64,000 nucleotides of DNA from Alphaproteobacteria bacterium. Its GTDB lineage: Bacteria; Pseudomonadota; Alphaproteobacteria; Rs-D84. Below, one piece after another: positions 49,542 through 59,656 of this stretch. The number at the start of each line of letters is the position of its first letter. Position 1 is the stretch's first letter. Made by a program: the position numbers and the translations under genes. Below the pieces are notes generated by a model. That model was given only the letters and a program-made list of their open reading frames with translations. It did no database searches and was not told the origin of the DNA. The stretch is from positions 3,586 to 67,585 of the forward strand of contig WQXN01000002.1 of the NCBI GenBank assembly GCA_009784815.1. The letters are read 5' to 3'.

Positions 49542-52052
49542 TTATTCTTCTGAATATACCGGTCCGACTTCTATTACTTTTTCCATGCTGTAAAAGTTTC
49601 GGTCGATAGTTATGTTCACCACGTGCAGAAGATTGTTATCTCCGTTAAGAATTTCAAGCCTGTAGTCTCCGTATTTTATTCCGTCGAATAGAAATGCGCC
49701 GTCTTCGTCCGCGGTCTTCATGGCGACGATTTCTCCGGCCGCCGCTATGACGTATATTTTGTATCTTTTTCCACGCTCTATGCCGCCAAGCTGCCCCTCG
49801 ATCCCGCCCAGGCGGTAGAAAGGAATATCCACCTGACGCACCGCGCCGGGCCGCAGGACAAGTTTTTTCTGATGGAATTCGGGAGTAAGCGCGATCTCGT
49901 CGACATCCTGTTCGTCGACGGTTAGAATAGTCTTTTGATAGGATTCCAGGTTTACGATAAGTGCGCTCCCGTTTTCATCGGTGACAGAGGGTTCCTGCCT
50001 GCCGCTGACTATTATTTTAGCGTTCTTTACCGGATCGCCGTTTTCATCCAGCGCTTGCGCCCAAATTGCTCCGTAATTCGCCATCTGCGTCTCGGAATTC
50101 ATGAACGGAATATACCTGTCCGGAATCTTGCCAAAGCTGGTGTTGTATAGAAGGCCGAACGAAATGTTTTTGTCGGTGTCTCCGGTGGCGGAAATTTGAA
50201 TTCCTCCGAACCTGAACAGACGTCCTACTCCGACCGACAGGGAATCCAAATCCCGCATTGCGGAATAATTGGATCTGCAGTCGTGATTCCAGTTCGCGTT
50301 TATGAAAGTGTTTCGGTTCCATCGGTATTCCGAAAACGCCCCATAGCTTCGCCAATAGCTTTCGGGTTCCGTCTGATACCTTGCGCGCGCGAAAATCCTG
50401 AATCTTCCCGAAGAAACCTGGGCAAGCGATTCGACGTGGTTTTCGATATGCCCGGCGTTGTTGCGCCAAACGTTTTCGACCGTAAGATTGTAATAACGCA
50501 TAAAGTTCGGAGACAAGCGCGCCCGAACTTCCCTCAGCGGAAAATCGCTCTGCAAATAGGAAACGAAGTACGGCACGTTCGCAACCGGTATCCAACCGGT
50601 TAAACGTCCTTCAAACAAGTTGCTTAAATATTTTCCCTGATAATGCGAAATAGGGGAATTGGTGTCGCCGTAATATTCGTATCTTGCGAAAATATCTCCG
50701 ATGTAAATGTCTCCCTGCGCGTCCGCGTGGTGTCCGATTTTTTGACTGTTGAAATTGGCCGCGATGTTGTATTGCAAAGCCACGCCGTTCAGGGCTATCT
50801 GCGCGCCGACGGTTCCGAATTGCAAATCCTTTCCTTTTTCTGTCGCGCTCTCTACGTTCGATGCGCCGCCTATAAGCACGAAATGATCGCTTACTCCGTA
50901 ATAAAATATCGAATCTGCGGTCACGTTTCCTTGTTCGCTGTGCCGCGGCTCGTTCGCCTCGATCAGATACCTGCGCGCCTGATACGCGCCAATGCTGTAC
51001 CCAAGCTCTCCGGCCTTGACTGGCGCGGTGCCGGAATAATACCGTCGCTCTTCCTCGCGGACTTCTCCGAACGGGCCGTACATCACGACCCTGAAATTAT
51101 TCAGCCCGTAGTTCACGGGAATATTTCGAAAGTCGTACCTGCCGTCGATTCCTCCCTGCCTGAATCCGATAAGCTGATTGTTTAGATAAAGCTCGGCCTC
51201 CCATCCGATCGGCATAAGTCCGTTTATGTCGATGGTCTTGTCTCCTGAAATCACAAGATCCTTGAACGAGCTGGCTTTCGCTCCGCGCCCGGACGTCGAC
51301 CGGTGAAACATGCTGTCGGAATTTCCGAATATGTCTCCTGCCTGGAATTTAACAAGGTTCAATCTGTTGCCCGGCTCTTCTAAAAAAGTCCTGCCGGCTA
51401 TTATTCTTGCGCGCGGATGTTCCAATCGGCCGGCCCCGAAATTATCGCCGAACACGGTCGCGTTGGCGTCAAGCCCGGCGAACAGCATGCCCAAATTGGC
51501 CTGGTAATAATCTCCGCTTGACCACGCGCCGCCGCGCGGCTTGGACTCGTTTCGCCTGTAAATAAGATCGACCACGGGCGCGGAAAAATATCTTTCGTCG
51601 AATTCGTAATTGCTGAACGGATCATCTCTCGGAGCAGGAGCCATGCTCTCTCGCCGCGCCGCGTTGCGGTGATTCCGGGTTGTGGGCAGCGTCTGATCGG
51701 AAGTGACCATAAGTTGGGATTCCAAAGGTTCGACTTTTAATTTTATCGGAAATATGTTTTCGTAAAAATCCAAAGGATAATAATCGCGTCCGTTTACGTC
51801 CAGGCGCCGGGCTTTCGGATCTATTGCGAAATCCTTTTCAAGAAAAGTGCCGCGCCCGGTGTCGGAATTGAATCTGAACTTTAAAGATTCGGACATGTCC
51901 TGAATGTCAAAATAGTACCTGCCGTTAAGATCAAGCGCGCGTATTATCTCGTCGGAATTGAATCCTTGAATGTTTGGAGCCAAAAGCAATACGTCCGCTG
52001 CCGCGTTTCCGGCCGTCAAAAAAAAGCAAAGGACGCAGCATTTTTTCCACAC
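49542..52052 (-). CDS. fimbrial outer-membrane usher protein (chaperone-usher pathway)
   Basis: 836 aa, signal peptide, size and operon context with chaperone + SCPU pilins. Confidence 0.55.
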   Translation of the reverse strand: MWKKCCVLCFFLTAGNAAADVLLLAPNIQGFNSDEIIRALDLNGRYYFDIQDMSESLKFRFNSDTGRGTFLEKDFAIDPKARRLDVNGRDYYPLDFYENIFPIKLKVEPLESQLMVTSDQTLPTTRNHRNAARRESMAPAPRDDPFSNYEFDERYFSAPVVDLIYRRNESKPRGGAWSSGDYYQANLGMLFAGLDANATVFGDNFGAGRLEHPRARIIAGRTFLEEPGNRLNLVKFQAGDIFGNSDSMFHRSTSGRGAKASSFKDLVISGDKTIDINGLMPIGWEAELYLNNQLIGFRQGGIDGRYDFRNIPVNYGLNNFRVVMYGPFGEVREEERRYYSGTAPVKAGELGYSIGAYQARRYLIEANEPRHSEQGNVTADSIFYYGVSDHFVLIGGASNVESATEKGKDLQFGTVGAQIALNGVALQYNIAANFNSQKIGHHADAQGDIYIGDIFARYEYYGDTNSPISHYQGKYLSNLFEGRLTGWIPVANVPYFVSYLQSDFPLREVRARLSPNFMRYYNLTVENVWRNNAGHIENHVESLAQVSSGRFRIFARARYQTEPESYWRSYGAFSEYRWNRNTFINANWNHDCRSNYSAMRDLDSLSVGVGRLFRFGGIQISATGDTDKNISFGLLYNTSFGKIPDRYIPFMNSETQMANYGAIWAQALDENGDPVKNAKIIVSGRQEPSVTDENGSALIVNLESYQKTILTVDEQDVDEIALTPEFHQKKLVLRPGAVRQVDIPFYRLGGIEGQLGGIERGKRYKIYVIAAAGEIVAMKTADEDGAFLFDGIKYGDYRLEILNGDNNLLHVVNITIDRNFYSMEKVIEVGPVYSEE

Positions 52053-52054
52053 AT

Positions 52055-52813
52055 CTATATGTCTTTTATTTCAATGATCTCCTTGGTGCGACCATTGATC
52101 AGGGTTACGGATATTTCTCCTTTGGGATTTTTGCTCAAAGGCACGCTAAGAATCCGCGCGCCGGTCGTCATGAAAATTCGAAAGTCGGAAATCTTTCCGA
52201 TCTCCCTTCCTTTTTCCTTTATGACTACCGATCCTAAGAACGACCTGTTTCCGAATCTCTCGACTTTGACTCTGGCTATGTTTTCATTTTTTAGAACCTG
52301 CGCGTTTTTAATGCGCGCCGTGGACGTCGTCTTTCCCTTTTCGATGATCACCGGAATCGACACTCCGTACACGACTTCTAAATTTATGCTGATGCCTTCG
52401 GTCGGTTTTTCATTGGATTTTGGCCTGTCTATCGGAACCTCTTGAATTAAAAGATGCGATACGTATTCGCCCGGATCGGCTGCGGCCATGCCTCGGCGCT
52501 GCACGCGCACCACTTGCGACTTCATGGGTTCCAAAGTCACCTGCCGCGGGGAATACTCAAGATAATAATCCGCGAAGGGATTTCCCTCCAGCGGCTTGGT
52601 TATCGTCCTGTACGACCCGTCCTTTTCCTGAATGAAATTCACAAGCCGTATGTTGTACGTGCGCGTTTCTCGGCTTGTGTTTGTGAATCTAACCTGACCT
52701 GTTCTGGTTTTTGCTTCGGCGTCGAACTTCAGAAAGAACGGTGATAGGGATATGTTGGACAAGACCGGCAGCGGCATAAAAATCGCAAATAAAAGAAAGA
52801 TATATTTTTTCAT
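52055..52813 (-). CDS. periplasmic pilus chaperone (PapD/CsuC-like)
   Basis: ~250 aa, signal peptide, two Ig-like domain length, operon position between pilins and usher. Confidence 0.45.
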   Translation of the reverse strand: MKKYIFLLFAIFMPLPVLSNISLSPFFLKFDAEAKTRTGQVRFTNTSRETRTYNIRLVNFIQEKDGSYRTITKPLEGNPFADYYLEYSPRQVTLEPMKSQVVRVQRRGMAAADPGEYVSHLLIQEVPIDRPKSNEKPTEGISINLEVVYGVSIPVIIEKGKTTSTARIKNAQVLKNENIARVKVERFGNRSFLGSVVIKEKGREIGKISDFRIFMTTGARILSVPLSKNPKGEISVTLINGRTKEIIEIKDI

Positions 52814-52824
52814 TTTTCCTCCGT

Positions 52825-53736
52825 TCAATAACTCACCGTAAGCGAATAGGTTCCATTGTAAGTGCCGGGCGCCTGCGCTGCGTTCACTGCAAGATCCGCG
52901 CCTACGTTCAGCGTCAAAGTCCCGCTGGAACTAAGCGTCGCCGAGGTCGAACTAGGATAGCCGACAAAGTTGCTTGCCGTCATTGCGGCGCCGGGGCCCG
53001 TAAGGCTTGCGGTCGAGGGCAGGGTTATGGTGACCGGAGTGCTGGCCTCGCCGGTTACCTGAAAAACTCCGGCCGCCGCGGGTTTGTCCGATATAAGATT
53101 CACTCCCCCCGTACCCGATACGATAGTGCGCGCGCTTGTCTGCGGAGCCACCCTGACAGTGGAATTTCCTCCCGTCATCTCCAATCCTCCGAATGTCAGG
53201 GCGGTGGTCTGCGAAACGCCAAGCGCGCTCCACAAGGTCAATATTATCGGCAGCGTCATGGTGGACGTCCCGCTAAGCAATCCGCTTCCCTGAACCTGAA
53301 CGGATCCGGTGTAATTTCCCGGAGTCGAAGCGGAAGTAAAATTCATGGTCCCGCCGACATATATGTTTGCGGTCGGCGACAGAAGCGTCAGGGAAGGGTT
53401 GGATGTTGTCGTGAAATTATTCACCGTGACCGTTCCGCCGCTTCCGTTTGATAACGTCACGCTGCTTGATAGAACCGTAATGGTTATCAAGTCCGCCACC
53501 ACGCTCAATCCCGACCCTGTGTAGACTCCAAGCCCGGCGTAGTAAGTTGTGCCGCTGGGCGCGATCGTGACTACTCCGTTCGTTGTGATCGCGCTGTTCA
53601 GTCCGATCGTTACGCTGCCCGATGTTGCCGTCGGGACAAGCGTTCCGAACGACAAATCCTGCGATACAGTGAAGGTCGAAGCGCTTGCGCCGCTAAACCA
53701 AAAAACAAACGCTACGAATATCGTTGCGCATTTCAA
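52825..53736 (-). CDS. spore-coat-U (SCPU) domain protein, two-domain pilus subunit / tip adhesin candidate
   Basis: 303 aa Thr/Ser/Gly-rich, signal peptide, ends GTYNGTYSLTVSY like the upstream pilin. Confidence 0.5.
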   Translation of the reverse strand: MKCATIFVAFVFWFSGASASTFTVSQDLSFGTLVPTATSGSVTIGLNSAITTNGVVTIAPSGTTYYAGLGVYTGSGLSVVADLITITVLSSSVTLSNGSGGTVTVNNFTTTSNPSLTLLSPTANIYVGGTMNFTSASTPGNYTGSVQVQGSGLLSGTSTMTLPIILTLWSALGVSQTTALTFGGLEMTGGNSTVRVAPQTSARTIVSGTGGVNLISDKPAAAGVFQVTGEASTPVTITLPSTASLTGPGAAMTASNFVGYPSSTSATLSSSGTLTLNVGADLAVNAAQAPGTYNGTYSLTVSY

Positions 53737-54203
53737 TAACTAACCGTCATCGTGTAAGTTCCGGTATAACTTCCTGCGGGCTGACTTGCCGTGACGTTCA
53801 AAGTTGCTCCGACGTCCACCGTCAAAGCCCCGCTCGAGTTTGTGGTATAAGTAGCAGGATTAGTGGTGAACGTGTTTACCGTCATGCTGTTCGCTCCTGA
53901 TGTCACGGTGCCGTTTGTGAACGTAATCGTCAAAGCGGTCGAATCTGCGGCGGTTATGTTGAATATGCCTTGGGCCGTTGTATCATAAAGCCCAAGCGTT
54001 CCGCTTGTCGCGGCTCCCGCGGTCGATAAAACTACGGTCCCGGCGCTGGTTGTGGGTGTTACGGTTCCGAAATTCATAGGCTGTGTCTGCGTTGCGGTAA
54101 TCGCGGTTTGTATTACGACGGACGCGTTGCCCGTGACCGAGATCGCATTAGCGCCTTTGATGAAGATTGTAAGCGCCGATATAAGTAGTAAGTATTTCTT
54201 CAT
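53733..54203 (-). CDS. SCPU-domain major pilin (Csu / sigma-fimbria type)
   Basis: 156 aa, signal peptide, C-terminal AGSYTGTYTMTVSY donor-strand motif typical of SCPU pilins. Confidence 0.55.
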   Translation of the reverse strand: MKKYLLLISALTIFIKGANAISVTGNASVVIQTAITATQTQPMNFGTVTPTTSAGTVVLSTAGAATSGTLGLYDTTAQGIFNITAADSTALTITFTNGTVTSGANSMTVNTFTTNPATYTTNSSGALTVDVGATLNVTASQPAGSYTGTYTMTVSY

Positions 54204-54299
54204 AATCCCCTCTTTGTTTATAAGTGAAACATAGGGAATTATACATACGGAAATCCCGCGTCGCCACGGGCATGAATTCTTAATAAGTCTGATGTTAAA

Positions 54300-55534
54300 T
54301 TACTGACCTCTAAGCAGGTCTTTCAAAGTCTCTCTTTTTCTGATCAGTTTCACGCGGCCGTTTTCCTTTATAAGAACTTCGGCGGCGCGGCCTCGGGAAT
54401 TATATTCGGAACTCATCGAGAATCCGTAAGCGCCGGCGTCCGCAAGCGCGACCACGTCTTCTTCCAATATCTGCGGCATCATGCGTCCTCCGGGGGTCAA
54501 TATATCGCCGGATTCGCAAATATTTCCTGTGACGATGACTCTTTCTTTTTTCGAAGACTTTAATTCCTTGCCGCCGCGGAATATTTCTATGTCGTGGTGC
54601 GCGTCATACATGCAAGGCCGCACAAGAACGTTAAATCCTATGTCCGTGCGCGCATATTTGTTAGGGCCGTTCTGCTTCACGCAGTTGACCTTGCCTATGA
54701 CGCGGCCGCATTCGGCGACTACATATCTTCCTGGTTCTATGTAAAAAGCGATGTTGGGATCATAACTTTTCGCAAATTCGCGCATGACCTTGGATAATTT
54801 TTTACCCAAAGTCCCAAGGTCGAATCGCGCCTCTCCTTCCTGCTTTTTATAAGGAATCTTGAATCCGCCGCCAAAGTCGATGAATTTTAATCCTTTGAAT
54901 TTTTGCGCGATCCTAAGAATATTTTCAATGCTTTTGACGTATGAAGCGGGATCGGAAAACCCGGAACCTATATGCTGGTTTATCCCGACAAGACTAAGGT
55001 TGTATTTTTTTATAATCTCTTTGACCTCTGGAATATATTCCGCATTGATTCCGAATTTTGTCTCAAATCCTCCGGTTGTCGTTTTTTTATGGAATCCTGC
55101 TCCGACTCCGGGATTGAACCGCAAAGCGATCTTCCCTCCGGGGTTAAGCCTGCCATAGCGTTCCAACTGCGAAACCGAATCGACGCTGATCAGGATTTTG
55201 TTTTTTATTACATATCGCATCTCGTCGTCATCGATGCTGTTTCCTACGAAAAATATTTCACTTGGTTTGAATCCGGCCTTAAGATTGATAAACACTTCGC
55301 CCATGCTAAGCGCGTCGGCCATTAGTCCTTCCTGACGTGTTATTTTCAAAAGCGCGATGTTCGTGTTTGCCTTGACCGAATAATAAACACGAAAGTTGGG
55401 ATAATCTACGAAGTTTTTAATCTCACGGCATCTCTCTCGTAGTATCGCCTCGTTATACACATACAACGGGCTGCCATATTTTTTGATAAGCGCCGCCGGA
55501 TCAATTCCTTTCCAAAAACTATTTGCTCTGCTCA
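54300..55534 (-). CDS. lysA: PLP-dependent decarboxylase, most likely diaminopimelate decarboxylase
   Basis: YSVKANTNIALLK (PLP Lys), GGGF, EPGR and CESGD motifs of the alanine-racemase-fold decarboxylases. Confidence 0.65.
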
Positions 55535-55614
55535 TATCTTTTTCTCCATAGTGCGCCCGTGCCGCTGCAAAAATCAAGAAACACCAAGTAGATGGTGCGG
55601 CTAAATCGATTTAT

Positions 55615-55691
55615 TGGTGGGTTGGGAGGGACTCGAACCCCCGACCAAAGCGTTATGAGCGCTCCGCTCTAACCAACTGAGCTACCAACCC
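55615..55691 (-). tRNA. tRNA-Met (anticodon CAT), second copy / isoacceptor
   Basis: Revcomp GGGTTGGTAGCTCAGTTGGTTAGAGCGGAGCGCTCATAACGCTTTGGTCGGGGGTTCGAGTCCCTCCCAACCCACCA. Confidence 0.85.
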
Positions 55692-55779
55692 AACTTGTCG
55701 CGCCGGCGCACAAAGTGCAAGGCGGGCAGCCGAATTATAATGTTAAAATTACAAAATGCAACGGCTTTTTTAAACAGCG

Positions 55780-56151
55780 TCATCTACCGGGTATTTTTAG
55801 GGTTTTCACAATTTCAACCGTCAAAGTTTCAAGTGAAACCAATCTATTGCAAACTGCCTCATCTTTTAGACTTCGATTTATAGGTGGCACCTCGATATAA
55901 AAAGACTCGATCATCAAAAAGAAATACCTTTTAAGGTTGTGAATCATAGCCGGGTTTTTCTTTATTATGCCCGTCAGTTCTTCAATAGTCATAAGATTAT
56001 TTAATTTCGGAAAAAATTTTGATTTTTCATCGCAGGGTATTACCAAAGACCTGTCTTCTTCAGTTCCCACAACCGGGTTATGATCGATAATCTCGGACTT
56101 ATAAGGCACATAAAGCATGACAGGCTGATCTATATCGTTAATATCTGACAT
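55780..56151 (-). CDS. hypothetical protein
   Basis: 123-aa ORF. Confidence 0.35.
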   Translation of the reverse strand: MSDINDIDQPVMLYVPYKSEIIDHNPVVGTEEDRSLVIPCDEKSKFFPKLNNLMTIEELTGIIKKNPAMIHNLKRYFFLMIESFYIEVPPINRSLKDEAVCNRLVSLETLTVEIVKTLKIPGR

Positions 56152-56222
56152 TTTATTCCTATTTTTCGGTACCCGAAATCATACCATATTTTAAGAATAA
56201 AATCAATGGCCTTTCTATAGCC

Positions 56223-57920
56223 TTACTGCGTCATCTTAAGAAATTTAGCGGCGCGCTCGGCGGGCAGGGCGGCGGGATCGGACTTGCCAAGAACATCCAG
56301 CTGTGCACAAATTGCCGCGCGCAAATTATTCATCGAAACTTCCCAATCCGTATGCGCTCCGCCGGCGGGCTCGGGCACGACTTGGTCGATAAGTCCCAAC
56401 TGCAAAGCGTCTTGCGCGGTCAGTTTCATAGCCTGTGCGGCTTCGGCTTTGAATTTGTTGTCCTTCCAGCAGATCGAAGCGCAAGATTCCGGAGCGATAA
56501 CGGAATAAACCGAATTTTCCATCATCAAAACCTTGTCGCCGGTTGCGATTGCGATCGCTCCTCCGCTTCCGCCTTCTCCGACGATCGCGGCGATGTACGG
56601 CGTCTTGATTAAAAGTCCGGTCTGTATAGAAGCGGCTATGGCCTGCGACTGTCCTCGTTCTTCGGCTTCTTTTCCTGCGAACGCTCCGGCTGTGTCGATC
56701 AGCGATATTAAGGGCAGCTTGAATTTTTCGGCCAACCGCATAAGTCGCGCGGCCTTTCGGTATCCTTCCGGGTTCGCCATGCCGAATCGATGTTTGGTGC
56801 GTGTCGCGGCGTCGCGTCCCTTTTCCTGGCCGATGATTACTGCGGGCCTGTCGTCGAACCATCCGATTCCGCCGATCATGGCTGGGTCTTCTCCGTACAA
56901 CCGGTCTCCCGCCAGGGGAATGAATCCGCCTACCATGCCGTTTACATAGTCAAGGAAATGCGGGCGGTTTTCGTTGCGGGCAAGAAGAACTTTATTATAC
57001 GCCTCGGTGGTTTTGGATGAATTTAAAACCCCGCCCGTGGGAGTCTTTATCACAGGCGCGGCAAATTCAGGGGCCTTGGCGCGGGTCAGAATCTTAAGTA
57101 TGTCGCCCAAAGTCTTTTTCAGTTCCGTGCGTTTCGCGACTATGTCGACCATTCCGTGATCAAGAAGATATTCCGCCGTCTGGAAATTCGCGGGAAGCTT
57201 TTCATGCAAGTTCTGCTCGATCACTCTGCGTCCTGCGAATCCGATGCGCGCGCCGGTCTCGGCGATATGTACGTCGCCAATCATAGCGAACGAAGCGGTG
57301 ACTCCGCCGTAAGTCGGATCGCCCAACACTACTATATAAGGCAGCCCTGCGTCGTTAAGTTTGTTGATGGCTACGGTCGTGCGCGCCATCTGCATCAGGG
57401 AAAGCAGGTTTTCCTGCATTCGCGCTCCTCCGCTGCTTGTGACCATTATGAATGGCTGCTTGTTTTTCAAAGCGTGCGTGGCTGCGTAAACTATGCCTTC
57501 GCCTACGCTACGCCCCATTGATCCGCCGATGAATTCCATATTCATAACGGCAACGGTTGAATTTACTCCGCCGATTTCTCCGGTCGCGGCCGAAATTCCT
57601 TCTCTGGATCCGGTTTCATCGCGGGCGTCGGCAAGTTTATCCTTGTATGTTTTTATATCTTTGAATCCCATCGGATCGTCTTTGAACACGGGCATACCCA
57701 GCTTTTTAAAGTCCAAGTCATCGAACAGCATCTTGAATCGTTGCGACGGGTTCATGCCGAACAAGTGCTGGCATTTTGGGCACATGCGGATTTTTTTATA
57801 TTCTTTATAAAAGACCAGTTTTCCGCACTGCGCGCATTTCAGCCACATCAGCTTTTTGACCGAGTTATAAGTGGCGTCCTTGATTATATCAACGGGATTT
57901 TTCTTAGATTTCCAAAACAT
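56223..57920 (-). CDS. accDA: acetyl-CoA carboxylase carboxyltransferase, fused beta (AccD) + alpha (AccA) subunits in one 565-aa polypeptide
   Basis: N-terminal AccD zinc ribbon CAQCGK...CPKCQH and beta-subunit core. From RPHFLDYV onward, collinear with AccA (LAGDRLYGEDPAMIGGIGWFDDRPAVIIGQEKGRD...FGMANPEGYRKAARLMRLAEKFKLPLISLIDTAGAFAGKEAEERGQSQAIA...SVIAPESCASICWKD). Confidence 0.85.
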   Translation of the reverse strand: MFWKSKKNPVDIIKDATYNSVKKLMWLKCAQCGKLVFYKEYKKIRMCPKCQHLFGMNPSQRFKMLFDDLDFKKLGMPVFKDDPMGFKDIKTYKDKLADARDETGSREGISAATGEIGGVNSTVAVMNMEFIGGSMGRSVGEGIVYAATHALKNKQPFIMVTSSGGARMQENLLSLMQMARTTVAINKLNDAGLPYIVVLGDPTYGGVTASFAMIGDVHIAETGARIGFAGRRVIEQNLHEKLPANFQTAEYLLDHGMVDIVAKRTELKKTLGDILKILTRAKAPEFAAPVIKTPTGGVLNSSKTTEAYNKVLLARNENRPHFLDYVNGMVGGFIPLAGDRLYGEDPAMIGGIGWFDDRPAVIIGQEKGRDAATRTKHRFGMANPEGYRKAARLMRLAEKFKLPLISLIDTAGAFAGKEAEERGQSQAIAASIQTGLLIKTPYIAAIVGEGGSGGAIAIATGDKVLMMENSVYSVIAPESCASICWKDNKFKAEAAQAMKLTAQDALQLGLIDQVVPEPAGGAHTDWEVSMNNLRAAICAQLDVLGKSDPAALPAERAAKFLKMTQ

Positions 57921-57995
57921 TATTCTTTCTCCTCGTCACTCCGTCGAAGGACGGAGCCCATTGTACTAAATTGTCGGGCAAAGCCCGACACAATT

Positions 57996-58283
57996 TTATT
58001 TTGGCTGGTTCATAGCTTTTGACAAGTCCATACTTATCTTAAAATGCAAACGTTCCGATGCGGATACCGCGATCATTTCTTTGGAATAAGGGTTATATCC
58101 GATTTTTCCGGCGCGCTTGCGGTTTTCAAAAGTCCCGAATCGGCGGATTTCGACGCGCGCGCCTTCGCTGGCGCGGTCAACAAGCGTCTGGAAGAAAACG
58201 TCAACCAAGCGTTCCGCATCCTGCTTGCCCATGCGTACGAACCTTACCTGTATAGAGCGGACCAAATCCGAGCGTTTCATCAA
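57996..58283 (-). CDS. ihfB: integration host factor beta subunit / HU-family DNA-binding protein
   Basis: 95 aa; HU/IHF fold with RFGTFENRKRAGKIGYNPYSKEMIAV arm. Confidence 0.6.
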   Translation of the reverse strand: MMKRSDLVRSIQVRFVRMGKQDAERLVDVFFQTLVDRASEGARVEIRRFGTFENRKRAGKIGYNPYSKEMIAVSASERLHFKISMDLSKAMNQPK

Positions 58284-58405
58284 TTTGCCTTTTTCTTCAG
58301 GGAATTATGCACTAATTGACCCGTATTTCAAGCATTTCTTTTTTCTCTTGAAAAATATATTCTCATGTGTAAAATGTCGGGCAAGAACCATAAGGAATAA
58401 TGAAC

Positions 58406-58578
58406 ATGGCAGTTCCAAAGAAAAAGAAAAGCAAATCCCGTTCCGCGATGCACAAATCGCATAACGCGTTAAAGGCTAATCCGGCCGCAACCTGCGGCAA
58501 ATGCGGCGAGAAAAAACGCCCGCACCACGTCTGCGGCGCGTGCGGGGCCTACGGCGAAAAGGCTGTGCTGGTAAAATA
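58406..58578 (+). CDS. rpmF: 50S ribosomal protein L32
   Basis: MAVPKKKKSKSRSAMHKSHNAL...CGKCGEKKRPHHVCGACGAYG zinc-ribbon; 57 aa (below six-frame track cutoff). Confidence 0.85.
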
Positions 58579-58594
58579 ATCCGGCAAGGGCAAA

Positions 58595-59656
58595 ATGTCC
58601 AAATTAAAAAATACATTTGCGATTGACGCGTTCGGGGGCGATAAGGCCCCCAAAGCCGTTCTTGGCGGTCTGAACCAATTCTTATTTTCAGAACCCGAAC
58701 TGGCGGAAAATATTCACTTCCGCATATTCGGAGACTCGGCCAAAATCGGGGCGTTAATGTCGATCTACCCGCGCGTGCTGTCGAAATCGGAAATAATTCA
58801 CGCTCCGAACAGGGTGGCCGGCGACGCCAAGTTCAGCGAAGTCAAAGGCGACAAAACCACCAGCATGTACGCGGCGATCAACGATGTCAAAGAAGGCCGG
58901 TCCTGCGGGGTGGTCTCGGCCGGGAATACCGGGGTCCTTATGGCCCTGTCCTATATAATGCTGCGCACTGTCCAAGGAATTTCCCGCCCTGCGCTGACCA
59001 CTATGCTTCCGGCCGGGGCAAGGGGGCATAAACGTACTGTGCTGCTGGACCTTGGCGCGAACGCCCTATGCGACGAAGATAATCTTATAGATTTCACTAT
59101 ACTTGGCTCGGCCTACCATAAAACGGTCGTCGGCTCGGCCCGTCCGCGCGTCGGGCTGCTGAATATAGGCGAAGAAGACCAAAAAGGCCTGGAATCCCTG
59201 CGTAACGTGAACGAAATATTCAAAGCGAATCAGGACCGGCTTCCGTTTGAATACGTCGGATTTGTCGAGGGTAACGACATATCAAGCGGCGAAGTCGACG
59301 TGGTCGTTACGGACGGCTTTACGGGCAACATAGTCTTGAAAACGATCGAAGGCACGGCCAAGCTGATAAAGAACGTCATGAAAGACACTATCAAGGACTC
59401 GATAATCGCCATGGTGTGTTACTTCCTTTTGTCGCACGTGTTCAAAAGGCTGAAATCCAAGCTGGACCCAAGATCTTACGCCGGCGCGGCGTTTTTGGGT
59501 TTGAACGGATTTGTGGTTAAAACGCACGGCAATTCGGATGCGCTGGCCTTTTCAAACGCGGTGAAATACGCGGTGCGGATGTCCAAGGCGGACTATAACG
59601 CGCATATCAAGCACGACGTAAGCCTTATGGCGACCGTCAAGAAAGGATCGGAATAA
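58595..59656 (+). CDS. plsX: phosphate acyltransferase PlsX
   Basis: 353 aa; IAIDAFGGDKAP start, GNTG motif, conserved rpmF-plsX-fabH order. Confidence 0.9.
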   Translation: MSKLKNTFAIDAFGGDKAPKAVLGGLNQFLFSEPELAENIHFRIFGDSAKIGALMSIYPRVLSKSEIIHAPNRVAGDAKFSEVKGDKTTSMYAAINDVKEGRSCGVVSAGNTGVLMALSYIMLRTVQGISRPALTTMLPAGARGHKRTVLLDLGANALCDEDNLIDFTILGSAYHKTVVGSARPRVGLLNIGEEDQKGLESLRNVNEIFKANQDRLPFEYVGFVEGNDISSGEVDVVVTDGFTGNIVLKTIEGTAKLIKNVMKDTIKDSIIAMVCYFLLSHVFKRLKSKLDPRSYAGAAFLGLNGFVVKTHGNSDALAFSNAVKYAVRMSKADYNAHIKHDVSLMATVKKGSE

